64,000 nucleotides of DNA from Escherichia coli (GTDB lineage: Bacteria > Pseudomonadota > Gammaproteobacteria > Enterobacterales > Enterobacteriaceae). A program made the translations under genes and the position numbers. Shown here piece after piece: positions 39,645 through 51,124 of the stretch; positions within the stretch are counted from its first letter, which is position 1; every line of letters begins with the position of its first letter. Under the pieces are notes generated by a model. That model was not told the DNA's origin and ran no database searches. It saw only the letters and a program-made list of their open reading frames with translations. The stretch is from assembly GCF_030013595.1 (NCBI RefSeq), contig NZ_CP122768.1; one strand, 5' to 3'.

Positions 39645-40631
39645 TTACGCGGTAGTCGCTAAACGAAGCTTCAACAGCGCGCTCTGCAAGGCATTCCAGT
39701 CAGCTTCGCTGCTGGAAATCAGCTCAATACGACTGTCCGGTGGCGCAACGTTTTGCGTTTCAATGTGCAGGTCATCGCCCTGACGGTTGATTCGCACCAG
39801 CCCTTCGGGAATACGCATCACGCCTTTGACGCGTTCTACCGGTGCAAGTCGCGCCCATTCCAGAATGCCAATGGTGTCGAATACCGTATCAGCGTCGAAT
39901 ATCCAGCCACAGGCCTGATATCCTTGCCCGCTGTTCAGACTGCGACGCCAGCGTTGATGCTCTGGCAGGCTTAACGCTGCTAACCCTTTTTTCACGCCAT
40001 GCTGATGAGAATGCGCGGCGCTGGCGGGCAACTCGGCTAAATTGCGACGCGGCAAATCCAGAAGATGACCGTCAACTTTCCCATGCTCACTGTGAATTAA
40101 TTGCCGATCGCCACCATTTTGCTGCCACCAGCGCTGTAGAGCTTGCTCGCTTTCAGGCGTCGCACGGTCGGATTTATTGGCGACAATGATGTCTGCGGCA
40201 GCCAGCTGGTCACGGAAGTTTTCATTGCTGGCGCTTTTTTCGTCCAGCAGCAGGCGTGGATCGAGAATGCACAAGGTGGCGCGCAGATCTATCCACGGTT
40301 CATAGACTGGCGCGGTTAAGAGATCGAGGATCTGTTTCGGATGGCCCAGCCCGGTCGGCTCTATCAACAAGCGGTCTGGTTTTCCCTGACGCAGTAAGGT
40401 ATTCAACCCTACCTGCATAGGTAAACCATTAACGCAGCACATGCAGCCGCCGGGGATCTCTTTCAGCAATGCGCCGCTATCGGCGAGCAAAGCACCATCA
40501 ATTCCGACTTCCCCAAATTCATTAACCAGTACCGCCCATTTTTCGTTGGGATCTTTATGGGCTAACAGATGAAGAATCGACGTAGTTTTCCCGCTGCCGA
40601 GAAAACCGGTGATGAGGTTGGTCCTGGTCAC
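39645..40631 (-). CDS. yeiR: CobW/COG0523-family GTPase YeiR
   Basis: 328 aa, Walker A GFLGSGKTT, CxCC motif. Confidence 0.85.
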   Translation of the reverse strand: MTRTNLITGFLGSGKTTSILHLLAHKDPNEKWAVLVNEFGEVGIDGALLADSGALLKEIPGGCMCCVNGLPMQVGLNTLLRQGKPDRLLIEPTGLGHPKQILDLLTAPVYEPWIDLRATLCILDPRLLLDEKSASNENFRDQLAAADIIVANKSDRATPESEQALQRWWQQNGGDRQLIHSEHGKVDGHLLDLPRRNLAELPASAAHSHQHGVKKGLAALSLPEHQRWRRSLNSGQGYQACGWIFDADTVFDTIGILEWARLAPVERVKGVMRIPEGLVRINRQGDDLHIETQNVAPPDSRIELISSSEADWNALQSALLKLRLATTA

Positions 40632-40747
40632 AACGGCTCCGCAATACTCTTAAAAGTTAACTGAGCGTTAATCCTGGCTAAAAAAGGCAGAAAAGAGAAG
40701 GGGGAGCGGACGAAGGCGAGCTTCATCCACTTTAACCGCAGAAATCG

Positions 40748-42214
40748 TTAAATTTTGAGGGTGTTTAATAGCGCCTGATGCGCGCCGAATTGTGCGATTT
40801 GTTGCCAGGCTTGTTCGATAGCCTGCACAAAATGCGGGTTATCTGGCAGATCATCACCGAAAACTTCACGCAGGGAAAGCAGGGTGGTTACGCGTTGTTC
40901 ACTGCTACTGCCAGCAACAAGTTCGCGAATTTTATCGCTAAGCGGATCGCGAACATCAATGGCATTTCCGGCATCATCAACGCCGCTGACGTAACGCATC
41001 CAGCCTGCAACTCCTAATGCCAGCAACGACCAGTCCGTTTCGCGCGCCAGATGTATGCGAATACCTGCCAGCATACGTTGCGGTAATTTCTGGCTACCAT
41101 CCATTGCGATTTGCCAGGTCTTATGTTTCAGCGCCGAGTTAGCAAAACGTGCAATTAACTTATCCGCATATTGTGTTAAATCGACATCTTTAATTCGCAG
41201 TGTCGGCGCTTGCTCATCCAGCATTAATGTTCTGGCGGCATGGCGAAATGCGCGATCCTGCATGCAATCACTGATGTGGGCGAATCCTGAGAGGTAACCC
41301 AGATAAGCGAGAAAAGAGTGGCTGCCATTAAGCATCCGCAGTTTCATCTCTTCCCATGGCAGGACATCATTCACCATTTGTACACCTGCGACTTCCCAGG
41401 CAGGACGCCCAGCGACGAAGTTATCTTCCACCACCCACTGGATAAACGGTTCGCAGCTAATCGCGCAGGGATCATTTACCCCCAGATGCTGGCTGATTTC
41501 CGCCAGTGATTCGTCGGTTGCTGCCGGAACAATGCGGTCGACCATAGTTCCCGGAAAACTGACGTGCTCTTTTATCCACCCGGCGAGTTCTGGCGAACGT
41601 TTTTCTGCCATTCCCAGCACCGCGTTTTTCACCACATGGCCATTGTCGGGAATATTGTCGCAGGAGAGCACGGTAAACGGTGTAAGGCCGCGCTCACGGC
41701 GGCGTTTCAGTGCTTCGACGAGAATACCCGGTGCGGAGTGAGGTTCTTCAGGGGTTTGTAGATCGTGAATAATCCGCGGATTGCTGGTGTCGAGTGCACC
41801 GGTGGCCGGGTCAATACAATAGCCTTTTTCGGTAATCGTCAGGGAAACAATTGCCACCTGTGGCTCGCAAAACTTCTCAATAATTGCCGCTAAGGAATCC
41901 AGTTTTGCATTAAGGCATTCGTGAACGGCACCGACAATTATCGCCTGATTGCCGTCTGCACCTTTCTCCAGCACGGTATATAAATGGTTCTGTGCGCGGA
42001 GCTGGCTCATCAGTTGATCGCCGCTGAACAAGCTGATCTCACAGATCCCCCAGTCGCCGCCCTGGGCATTCAGCACACGATCGGTCAGTAACGCCTGATG
42101 AGCGCGGTGAAAGGCTCCAAAGCCAAAATGAACGATACGTGATTGCAACTGCTGGCGATCGTAGCGTGGAGCGTGTACATGATGCGGGAGCGTAGCGGAG
42201 GCGATTGTATTCAT
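40748..42214 (-). CDS. yeiQ: Mannitol dehydrogenase-family oxidoreductase YeiQ
   Basis: 488 aa; long-chain mannitol dehydrogenase family. Confidence 0.85.
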   Translation of the reverse strand: MNTIASATLPHHVHAPRYDRQQLQSRIVHFGFGAFHRAHQALLTDRVLNAQGGDWGICEISLFSGDQLMSQLRAQNHLYTVLEKGADGNQAIIVGAVHECLNAKLDSLAAIIEKFCEPQVAIVSLTITEKGYCIDPATGALDTSNPRIIHDLQTPEEPHSAPGILVEALKRRRERGLTPFTVLSCDNIPDNGHVVKNAVLGMAEKRSPELAGWIKEHVSFPGTMVDRIVPAATDESLAEISQHLGVNDPCAISCEPFIQWVVEDNFVAGRPAWEVAGVQMVNDVLPWEEMKLRMLNGSHSFLAYLGYLSGFAHISDCMQDRAFRHAARTLMLDEQAPTLRIKDVDLTQYADKLIARFANSALKHKTWQIAMDGSQKLPQRMLAGIRIHLARETDWSLLALGVAGWMRYVSGVDDAGNAIDVRDPLSDKIRELVAGSSSEQRVTTLLSLREVFGDDLPDNPHFVQAIEQAWQQIAQFGAHQALLNTLKI

Positions 42215-42436
42215 AGGAGTCACGTCTTAGTAACGATTGATTAACAATGACAGTGTAAAGTTATATGACAGCAATTGAAATTGGTCTGGATTGTTAATGC
42301 GATGAAGTGTGAGGGCGATCAATGAACTGGTGAATATTACGGGAGAACTATATTCAGGAAGCGCAAAATAGAAGATTGGTATAATAAATTAAAAAAGGGA
42401 CAGCCTGAGCTATCCCTTTTCTGCATGCGGCTGAAG

Positions 42437-43009
42437 TTAGTCAGCACGACCCATATAACGGCGTTCTTCGATATGGATACGAATTTTTTCGCCCGGGCTT
42501 AAGTATTCTGGTACCTGAATCACCAGACCAGTGCTCAATGTCGCCGGTTTGTTACGGGCGCTGGCAGATGCCCCTTTGATGCCTGGTGCGGTTTCAACGA
42601 TTTCCAGATCAACGGTCTGCGGCAGCTCAAGCGCCAGCAGTTGACCGTCCCAGGTCAGCACCTGCATGTCCGGCATGCCGCCCTCAGGCATAAACAGCAA
42701 CTCTTCTTCAATCTGATCTTTGGTGAAGGTATACGGGGTATAGTCTTCTTTATCCATAAAGACATATTCGTTGCCATCGACATAGGAGAAGTCAACGTAA
42801 CGGCGGGTCAGCGTCACGGTGTCAACGATATCATCTCCTTTGAAACGCTCTTCTACTTTCAGCCCGGTACGGACATCAGAAAAACGCATTTTGTACAGCG
42901 TAGCGGCACCGCGGGCAGTGGGCGACTGAATATCAATGTCCTTAACCAGCAGCAGTTTGCCGTTGTAATTCAGTACCATACCTTTTTTAATTTCGTTCGC
43001 TCTTGGCAT
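42437..43009 (-). CDS. yeiP: Elongation factor P-like protein YeiP
   Basis: 190 aa from [16 protein letters not shown] fold; start trimmed within the 275-aa ORF. Confidence 0.9.
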
Positions 43010-43163
43010 CGAAAAATTCCTGTAGTCGAAAATGTCAAAAATATCGCGACAAAGTACTCGCGACGGGCCTTTCGGGCAAGTGGTATTCGCACTTTTGCTG
43101 GTGCAAAAAAGGTGGTACTGTGCGCGCTCATCAATCCGGTGGTTAACCTTAAGAGAACAACGT

Positions 43164-43418
43164 ATGGAATGCCGTCCGGGTTGCGGGGCGTGTTGCACCG
43201 CCCCTTCAATTTCCAGCCCTATTCCCGGTATGCCAGATGGCAAGCCCGCCAATACGCCCTGCATTCAGCTTGATGAACAGCAACGCTGTAAAATTTTCAC
43301 CTCGCCACTGCGACCGAAAGTCTGTGCAGGCTTACAAGCCAGCGCTGAAATGTGCGGTAACTCGCGTCAGCAGGCAATGACCTGGCTTATCGATCTGGAA
43401 ATGCTGACCGCGCCTTAA
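43164..43418 (+). CDS. yeiW: UPF0153 cysteine-cluster protein YeiW
   Basis: 84 aa from [11 protein letters not shown]. Confidence 0.75.
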
Positions 43419-44596
43419 ACATCTTTAATCCGCAGTAAGCAAAACAGAGTGGCGATAATCATCACCATCGCAAACCAGAACACAGCGTGATAATTCCAGA
43501 TCTCGGCGACGATGCCCGCCACTGATCCTGCGATGATCCAGCCCACGCGCGACGTGTTGGTATAGAGCGTGGTGGCTGAACCTGCCTGACCGGGCATCAA
43601 ATCCTGAAAATAGAGCATCCCGATGCCACCCAGAATGCCAATAAAAATAGCATTTAGCAGCTGCAAGCCCAACAGAATGGCAGGTGAATGCGCCATCAGC
43701 ATTCCTGCGTAAAAACAGACGCCACCCACGGCAGCAACGCGCATTAAGAAGCGCTTACCCAGACGTTTGGCGAAATATCCGGCAATCAACATGGTCGGGA
43801 TTTCCAGCCCGGCGGCGGTCCCCATCATCACACCGGCCAGTTTCTCGGGAAGATGCAGTTCGTTGATAATAAATAGCGGCATGTTGATGATGTACAGGCT
43901 GTTCGAGCCCCACATCAATGTACAAATGACAAACAGCAGCAGCGTATCGCGACGGTTACGGCGCGGCGCTTCAACCGTGCCGGTCGCCAGCGGAAGTACT
44001 TTTTGCATTGACGGTAAAAACAGCCACACCATCACGCCGCAAACAATAAACGCTACCGCTGCGCTCAGATACATTACCGTAAAGCTGAAACCCATCGCTA
44101 AGGCATAAGCCAGCGGCGGGCCAATGACCCATGCCAGTGAAACCTGAGCACGTAAAAAAGAGCTGAACATCACCGCTTCACGTCCGGTTTTGTCAGCATG
44201 TTCACGGGCAAGGGCAAACATTTGCGGGTTAGCGGTCGAGCCAAAGCTGCTAAGAAAGACGCCAACGAATAGCAAAACAAAGTAGTTGCGATTCCAGGCA
44301 AAAAGGGTGCAGGCCAGCACGCCTAACAGGCAGCAAAAGACAATCAGCGATTTGCGATCGCCGCGCTTATCAGAGCGCCCGGCGAGAAACTGACTTACCA
44401 GAATCCCAATGACAGCGCTGCCGGTAAAGAAGAATCCCACCATCGCTGGACGGGCATGTACTTCATCGGTAAGAAAAATGCTGAGTGTCGGGGTTTGCAG
44501 AGCGCCCGCAATACCGGTGAGAAAAGCAACGATTAAAAACGCCGTCGAGGTCAGGTCAAACGATTTCGCGCTGGAGACTGCGGGGGAGTTATGCAT
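43415..44596 (-). CDS. setB: Sugar efflux MFS transporter SetB
   Basis: 393-aa 12-TM protein. Confidence 0.9.
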
Positions 44597-44861
44597 GCTG
44601 GTCGATCACTGGAAGAGGAAGACGCGGAGTTTACGCTGCTTGTCAGAAAATAAACAGACAGCGAAATCAAAAGCGCCACGAATAATCAAAATGCCATTTC
44701 ACTGTTGCTGATTGGCTGCTGACGCTGCTGAAATGAAATTGCTGATAACGGATTTTCCCATCAGCAATTAGGAAAAATGACAAAAAATTGTGCAGCACAT
44801 CAAACTTTTGCTCATAACTTTACGGCTTTCCTTGCGTGCTGAAACAGAAGTATTATGCTTT

Positions 44862-44949
44862 CTTGAAACGTTTCAGCGCGATCTTGTCTTTAACCCTAAG
44901 CCAGGTTGGCGCTTTTTTTCTCATAGAAGCTGAATCGTTTCAATTCAGC
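44862..44949. promoter_or_regulatory. fruBKA promoter region with two Cra (FruR) operator palindromes
   Basis: TGAAACGTTTCA at 44864-44875 and GCTGAATCGTTTCAATTCAGC at 44929-44949. Confidence 0.8.
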
Positions 44950-44963
44950 AAGAGAGGAGAACT

Positions 44964-46094
44964 ATGTTCCAGTTATCCGTACAGGACATCCATCCGGGCG
45001 AAAAGGCCGGAGACAAAGAAGAGGCGATTCGCCAGGTCGCTGCGGCGCTGGTGCAGGCCGGTAATGTAGCTGAAGGCTACGTCAATGGCATGCTGGCGCG
45101 CGAACAGCAAACCTCTACGTTCCTCGGCAATGGTATTGCTATTCCACACGGCACTACCGACACCCGCGATCAGGTGCTGAAAACCGGCGTTCAGGTATTT
45201 CAGTTCCGGGAAGGCGTCACCTGGGGTGACGGCCAGGTAGCGTACGTGGCGATCGGTATTGCTGCCAGCTCGGATGAACATCTGGGCCTGCTACGCCAGC
45301 TGACCCACGTACTGAGCGATGATTCCGTTGCTGAACAACTGAAGTCAGCAACAACAGCAGAAGAACTTCGCGCATTGCTGATGGGCGAAAAGCAGAGTGA
45401 GCAGCTGAAGCTCGACAACGAAATGCTGACGCTGGATATCGTCGCCAGCGATCTGCTGACTCTTCAGGCGCTGAACGCTGCACGTCTGAAAGAAGCGGGG
45501 GCAGTTGACGCCACTTTCGTCACCAAAGCCATCAATGAACAACCGCTGAACCTCGGACAGGGTATCTGGCTGAGCGATAGCGCCGAAGGCAATCTGCGTA
45601 GCGCGATTGCGGTAAGCCGTGCGGCAAATGCTTTTGATGTGGACGGCGAAACGGCAGCCATGCTGGTGAGTGTGGCGATGAATGACGATCAGCCCATTGC
45701 GGTTCTTAAGCGTCTCGCCGATTTGTTGCTCGATAATAAAGCTGACCGCTTGCTGAAAGCGGATGCGGCAACGTTGCTGGCGCTGCTGACCAGCGATGAT
45801 GCGCCGACCGACGATGTGTTAAGCGCGGAGTTTGTGGTGCGCAATGAACACGGCCTGCATGCTCGTCCAGGTACCATGCTGGTCAATACCATTAAACAAT
45901 TTAACAGTGATATTACCGTGACAAACCTTGATGGCACCGGCAAACCGGCAAACGGACGTAGTCTGATGAAAGTTGTGGCACTTGGCGTTAAGAAAGGTCA
46001 TCGCCTACGCTTTACCGCCCAGGGTGCAGATGCTGAACAGGCGCTGAAAGCCATTGGCGACGCTATCGCTGCTGGTCTTGGGGAGGGCGCATAA
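44964..46094 (+). CDS. fruB: Fructose PTS multiphosphoryl transfer protein FruB (EIIA-FPr)
   Basis: 376 aa, EIIA domain plus C-terminal HPr-like domain. Confidence 0.9.
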   Translation: MFQLSVQDIHPGEKAGDKEEAIRQVAAALVQAGNVAEGYVNGMLAREQQTSTFLGNGIAIPHGTTDTRDQVLKTGVQVFQFREGVTWGDGQVAYVAIGIAASSDEHLGLLRQLTHVLSDDSVAEQLKSATTAEELRALLMGEKQSEQLKLDNEMLTLDIVASDLLTLQALNAARLKEAGAVDATFVTKAINEQPLNLGQGIWLSDSAEGNLRSAIAVSRAANAFDVDGETAAMLVSVAMNDDQPIAVLKRLADLLLDNKADRLLKADAATLLALLTSDDAPTDDVLSAEFVVRNEHGLHARPGTMLVNTIKQFNSDITVTNLDGTGKPANGRSLMKVVALGVKKGHRLRFTAQGADAEQALKAIGDAIAAGLGEGA

Positions 46095-47032
46095 TGAGCA
46101 GACGTGTTGCTACTATCACCCTTAATCCGGCTTATGACCTTGTTGGTTTCTGCCCGGAAATTGAACGCGGCGAAGTGAACCTGGTGAAAACCACCGGTCT
46201 GCATGCGGCGGGTAAAGGCATCAACGTGGCCAAAGTATTAAAAGACCTGGGAATTGATGTCACCGTTGGCGGCTTCCTCGGTAAAGACAATCAGGATGGT
46301 TTTCAGCAACTGTTCAGCGAGCTGGGCATTGCCAACCGTTTCCAGGTTGTACAGGGGCGCACCCGAATTAACGTTAAGCTGACGGAAAAAGACGGCGAAG
46401 TGACCGACTTCAACTTCTCGGGTTTTGAAGTCACCCCCGCCGACTGGGAACGCTTTGTGACTGATTCTCTGAGCTGGCTCGGTCAGTTCGATATGGTCTG
46501 TGTCAGCGGAAGCTTACCGTCAGGCGTCAGCCCGGAAGCGTTCACCGACTGGATGACTCGCCTGCGTAGTCAGTGTCCTTGCATTATCTTTGATAGTAGC
46601 CGTGAAGCGTTAGTAGCAGGTTTGAAAGCGGCACCGTGGCTGGTGAAACCTAACCGCCGCGAGCTGGAAATCTGGGCAGGCCGTAAACTGCCTGAAATGA
46701 AAGATGTGATTGAAGCTGCACATGCGCTGCGTGAACAAGGTATTGCGCATGTTGTTATTTCACTGGGTGCCGAAGGCGCGCTTTGGGTTAATGCCTCCGG
46801 CGAATGGATCGCCAAACCACCGTCAGTCGATGTCGTAAGCACCGTTGGCGCAGGGGATTCTATGGTTGGCGGCCTGATTTATGGCTTGCTGATGCGTGAA
46901 TCCAGTGAACACACACTGCGTCTGGCGACAGCTGTTGCAGCCCTGGCGGTAAGTCAAAGCAATGTGGGTATTACCGATCGTCCGCAGTTGGCCGCAATGA
47001 TGGCGCGCGTCGATTTACAACCTTTTAACTGA
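46094..47032 (+). CDS. fruK: 1-phosphofructokinase FruK
   Basis: 312 aa, PfkB family (GAGDS motif). Confidence 0.9.
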   Translation: MSRRVATITLNPAYDLVGFCPEIERGEVNLVKTTGLHAAGKGINVAKVLKDLGIDVTVGGFLGKDNQDGFQQLFSELGIANRFQVVQGRTRINVKLTEKDGEVTDFNFSGFEVTPADWERFVTDSLSWLGQFDMVCVSGSLPSGVSPEAFTDWMTRLRSQCPCIIFDSSREALVAGLKAAPWLVKPNRRELEIWAGRKLPEMKDVIEAAHALREQGIAHVVISLGAEGALWVNASGEWIAKPPSVDVVSTVGAGDSMVGGLIYGLLMRESSEHTLRLATAVAALAVSQSNVGITDRPQLAAMMARVDLQPFN

Positions 47033-47048
47033 CAGCAGGAGAGGCATA

Positions 47049-48740
47049 ATGAAAACGCTGCTGATTATTGACGCTAATCTCGGTCAGGCACGCGCCTATA
47101 TGGCGAAGACCCTGCTGGGCGCGGCGGCGCGAAAAGCAAAACTGGAAATCATCGACAATCCGAACGACGCTGAAATGGCGATTGTTCTCGGTGATTCCAT
47201 CCCGAACGACAGCGCGCTGAACGGTAAAAATGTCTGGCTGGGCGATATTTCCCGGGCAGTTGCGCACCCTGAGCTGTTCCTGAGTGAAGCCAAAGGCCAT
47301 GCGAAACCTTACACTGCGCCGGTCGCTGCGACAGCACCGGTTGCCGCCAGCGGTCCGAAACGCGTAGTTGCGGTGACTGCTTGCCCGACTGGCGTAGCAC
47401 ACACCTTTATGGCGGCTGAAGCCATTGAAACCGAAGCGAAAAAACGTGGCTGGTGGGTGAAAGTTGAAACCCGTGGTTCGGTTGGCGCGGGTAATGCAAT
47501 CACCCCTGAAGAAGTAGCCGCAGCGGATCTGGTGATTGTGGCGGCAGATATTGAAGTGGATCTGGCGAAATTTGCTGGTAAACCGATGTATCGCACCTCT
47601 ACCGGTCTGGCGCTGAAGAAAACCGCGCAGGAACTGGATAAAGCGGTTGCTGAAGCAACGCCGTATGAACCGGCGGGCAAAACTCAAACAGCGACCACTG
47701 AAGGTAAGAAAGAGAGTGCAGGCGCTTACCGTCACTTGCTGACGGGCGTTTCTTACATGCTGCCGATGGTCGTTGCAGGTGGTCTGTGTATCGCGCTTTC
47801 TTTTGCTTTTGGTATCGAAGCGTTTAAAGAGCCGGGTACGTTGGCAGCGGCGCTGATGCAGATTGGTGGTGGTTCAGCCTTTGCGCTGATGGTGCCGGTA
47901 CTGGCAGGTTATATTGCCTTCTCCATTGCCGATCGTCCGGGTCTCACGCCGGGTCTGATTGGCGGTATGCTGGCGGTCAGCACTGGTTCTGGCTTCATTG
48001 GCGGTATTATTGCGGGCTTCCTGGCTGGTTACATTGCGAAGTTAATCAGTACGCAATTGAAACTACCACAGAGTATGGAGGCGCTGAAACCGATCCTGAT
48101 CATTCCGCTAATTTCCAGTCTGGTGGTCGGTCTGGCGATGATCTACCTGATCGGTAAACCGGTTGCTGGCATTCTCGAAGGGTTGACTCACTGGCTGCAG
48201 ACCATGGGGACTGCGAATGCGGTTCTGCTGGGGGCGATCCTCGGTGGCATGATGTGTACTGACATGGGCGGTCCGGTAAACAAAGCAGCGTACGCGTTCG
48301 GTGTGGGTCTGCTGAGTACTCAAACCTATGGCCCGATGGCGGCGATTATGGCGGCAGGTATGGTGCCACCGCTGGCAATGGGCCTGGCAACAATGGTGGC
48401 GCGTCGCAAATTCGACAAAGCGCAGCAGGAAGGGGGCAAAGCCGCTCTGGTACTGGGACTGTGCTTTATTTCGGAAGGTGCAATTCCGTTTGCTGCCCGT
48501 GATCCGATGCGAGTGCTGCCGTGCTGTATCGTGGGTGGGGCGCTGACTGGCGCAATCTCAATGGCGATTGGTGCGAAACTGATGGCACCGCACGGTGGTC
48601 TGTTTGTTCTGCTGATCCCTGGCGCGATTACGCCGGTATTGGGTTACCTGGTAGCCATTATTGCCGGTACGCTGGTGGCGGGTTTGGCCTATGCCTTCCT
48701 GAAACGTCCGGAAGTGGACGCAGTTGCGAAAGCAGCGTAA
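47049..48740 (+). CDS. fruA: Fructose PTS EIIB'BC component FruA
   Basis: 563 aa, EIIB domains with CPTG cysteine, membrane EIIC domain. Confidence 0.9.
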   Translation: MKTLLIIDANLGQARAYMAKTLLGAAARKAKLEIIDNPNDAEMAIVLGDSIPNDSALNGKNVWLGDISRAVAHPELFLSEAKGHAKPYTAPVAATAPVAASGPKRVVAVTACPTGVAHTFMAAEAIETEAKKRGWWVKVETRGSVGAGNAITPEEVAAADLVIVAADIEVDLAKFAGKPMYRTSTGLALKKTAQELDKAVAEATPYEPAGKTQTATTEGKKESAGAYRHLLTGVSYMLPMVVAGGLCIALSFAFGIEAFKEPGTLAAALMQIGGGSAFALMVPVLAGYIAFSIADRPGLTPGLIGGMLAVSTGSGFIGGIIAGFLAGYIAKLISTQLKLPQSMEALKPILIIPLISSLVVGLAMIYLIGKPVAGILEGLTHWLQTMGTANAVLLGAILGGMMCTDMGGPVNKAAYAFGVGLLSTQTYGPMAAIMAAGMVPPLAMGLATMVARRKFDKAQQEGGKAALVLGLCFISEGAIPFAARDPMRVLPCCIVGGALTGAISMAIGAKLMAPHGGLFVLLIPGAITPVLGYLVAIIAGTLVAGLAYAFLKRPEVDAVAKAA

Positions 48741-48896
48741 TAAAAGGTGTGTTGCAGGGCAGAAATTTTCTGCCCTGCAACATTTGATGCGCGCAAAGAG
48801 AATGACCGGTTTGTGAATGTAATTTTATGAATTTAAATGGTTTTATCTTTTAGTAGAAACCTGAAACTTTCATCAAACACTAAGGTTATTTCCTCA

Positions 48897-48926
48897 AGGG
48901 CAGATTAATTTCTGCCCTTTTTTATT
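48897..48926 (+). terminator. Rho-independent terminator downstream of fruA
   Basis: AGGGCAGATTAATTTCTGCCCT hairpin followed by TTTTTATT; an additional palindrome at 48754-48778. Confidence 0.6.
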
Positions 48927-49163
48927 GTTCCTGTTCTGTGCATCCCGTCACAAATTCCCCGTTTTTATAATTCAGGCATTTAATCGCGTTTTGTGAGCCT
49001 GCTCAAATCTGCCCATTTTGCCTCTCTGGCGGTAATTTACTTTACGTAAAACATGCATACTATGAGCACATGTTTAAATATGAACACATGTTTAAACCGT
49101 CTTTGCAGTATCTATATTCTTGTGGATTGACAGGATTGGTAATTTTTTACCAGAGGACGTGCT

Positions 49164-50105
49164 ATGCGCGAAAAGGATTATGTCGTAATTATAGGTTCGG
49201 CGAATATTGATGTCGCCGGATATTCACATGAATCATTAAATTATGCGGATTCAAATCCAGGTAAAATAAAGTTTACGCCTGGTGGAGTCGGGCGCAATAT
49301 TGCACAAAACCTGGCGTTGCTGGGGAATAAAGCCTGGCTACTGAGCGCAGTAGGCAGTGATTTTTATGGTCAATCGTTGCTAACGCAAACCAATCAATCT
49401 GGTGTTTATGTCGATAAATGCCTGATTGTGCCGGGAGAAAATACGTCGAGCTATTTATCATTACTCGATAATACCGGTGAAATGCTGGTTGCTATAAATG
49501 ACATGAATATTAGCAACGCTATTACAGCTGAATATCTCGCACAGCACCGTGAATTTATTCAGAGGGCAAAGGTCATTGTCGCAGACTGTAATATCAGTGA
49601 AGAGGCACTGGCATGGATTCTGGATAATGCCGCCAATGTACCTGTATTTGTCGATCCGGTTTCGGCATGGAAATGTGTCAAAGTGCGCGACCGTCTAAAT
49701 CAGATCCACACCCTGAAGCCAAACCGCCTTGAAGCGGAAACCCTGAGTGGGATTGCTTTGTCAGGGCGTGAAGATGTGGCAAAAGTTGCTGCCTGGTTCC
49801 ATCAACATGGCCTGAACCGACTGGTATTGAGCATGGGCGGCGACGGCGTTTATTACAGTGATATCAGCGGTGAAAGTGGTTGGTCTGCGCCGATCAAAAC
49901 CAATGTCATTAATGTTACCGGAGCGGGCGATGCCATGATGGCTGGACTTGCTTCGTGTTGGGTAGACGGAATGCCGTTTGCCGAATCTGTTCGTTTCGCA
50001 CAGGGATGTTCGTCAATGGCGCTCTCCTGTGAATACACCAATAACCCCGATTTATCGATTGCCAACGTTATATCGTTAGTGGAGAACGCAGAATGTCTGA
50101 ATTAA
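49164..50105 (+). CDS. psuK: Pseudouridine kinase PsuK (YeiC)
   Basis: 313 aa, PfkB-family kinase. Confidence 0.85.
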   Translation: MREKDYVVIIGSANIDVAGYSHESLNYADSNPGKIKFTPGGVGRNIAQNLALLGNKAWLLSAVGSDFYGQSLLTQTNQSGVYVDKCLIVPGENTSSYLSLLDNTGEMLVAINDMNISNAITAEYLAQHREFIQRAKVIVADCNISEEALAWILDNAANVPVFVDPVSAWKCVKVRDRLNQIHTLKPNRLEAETLSGIALSGREDVAKVAAWFHQHGLNRLVLSMGGDGVYYSDISGESGWSAPIKTNVINVTGAGDAMMAGLASCWVDGMPFAESVRFAQGCSSMALSCEYTNNPDLSIANVISLVENAECLN

Positions 50106-51031
50106 AAATTTCCCCTGAATTATTACAAATTTCCCCGGAAGTGCAGGACGCTTTAAAAAACAAAAAACCGGTTGTGGCGCTGGAATCGACCATTATTTCT
50201 CACGGGATGCCGTTCCCACAAAATGCCCAGACCGCAATTGAAGTTGAAGAAACTATTCGTAAACAGGGCGCTGTACCTGCCACTATCGCCATTATTGGCG
50301 GCGTGATGAAAGTGGGTTTAAGCAAAGAAGAAATTGAATTGCTGGGTCGTGAAGGGCATAACGTGACCAAAGTTAGTCGTCGCGATTTACCTTTTGTTGT
50401 TGCCGCCGGAAAAAATGGCGCAACTACCGTTGCTTCAACGATGATTATTGCGGCGCTTGCCGGAATTAAAGTATTTGCCACTGGGGGAATTGGTGGTGTG
50501 CATCGCGGGGCGGAACATACCTTCGATATTTCTGCCGATTTGCAAGAACTGGCGCACACCAATGTCACCGTCGTTTGTGCCGGGGCGAAATCTATTCTCG
50601 ATTTAGGCTTAACTACCGAATATTTAGAAACTTTCGGTGTACCGCTAATTGGCTATCAGACCAAAGCGCTGCCTGCGTTTTTCTGCCGCACCAGCCCGTT
50701 TGAAGTCAGTATTCGCCTTGATAGTGCCACGGAAATCGCTCGTGCAATGGCGGTGAAATGGCAAAGCGGGCTGAACGGTGGCCTCGTGGTAGCGAACCCG
50801 ATCCCGGAACAGTTTGCTATGCCGGAACACACTATCAATGCGGCGATCGATCAGGCGGTAGCTGAAGCTGAAGCGCAGGGTGTTATTGGTAAAGAAAGTA
50901 CGCCATTCCTGCTGGCGCGCGTTGCTGAGCTGACCGGCGGTGACAGCCTGAAATCCAACATCCAGCTGGTGTTCAACAACGCCATTCTGGCGAGCGAAAT
51001 TGCCAAAGAATATCAGCGTCTCGCGGGTTAA
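50093..51031 (+). CDS. psuG: Pseudouridine-5'-phosphate glycosidase PsuG (YeiN)
   Basis: 312-aa ORF overlapping the psuK stop. Confidence 0.85.
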   Translation: MSELKISPELLQISPEVQDALKNKKPVVALESTIISHGMPFPQNAQTAIEVEETIRKQGAVPATIAIIGGVMKVGLSKEEIELLGREGHNVTKVSRRDLPFVVAAGKNGATTVASTMIIAALAGIKVFATGGIGGVHRGAEHTFDISADLQELAHTNVTVVCAGAKSILDLGLTTEYLETFGVPLIGYQTKALPAFFCRTSPFEVSIRLDSATEIARAMAVKWQSGLNGGLVVANPIPEQFAMPEHTINAAIDQAVAEAEAQGVIGKESTPFLLARVAELTGGDSLKSNIQLVFNNAILASEIAKEYQRLAG

Positions 51032-51124
51032 TTTCTGACGGGCAGAAAGCCGTCGCCCGTACTCATCAAGCATACCAAAACCTGGCGCTGACGCCGGGTT
51101 TACTGGCATGAAGGGAAAATCATT

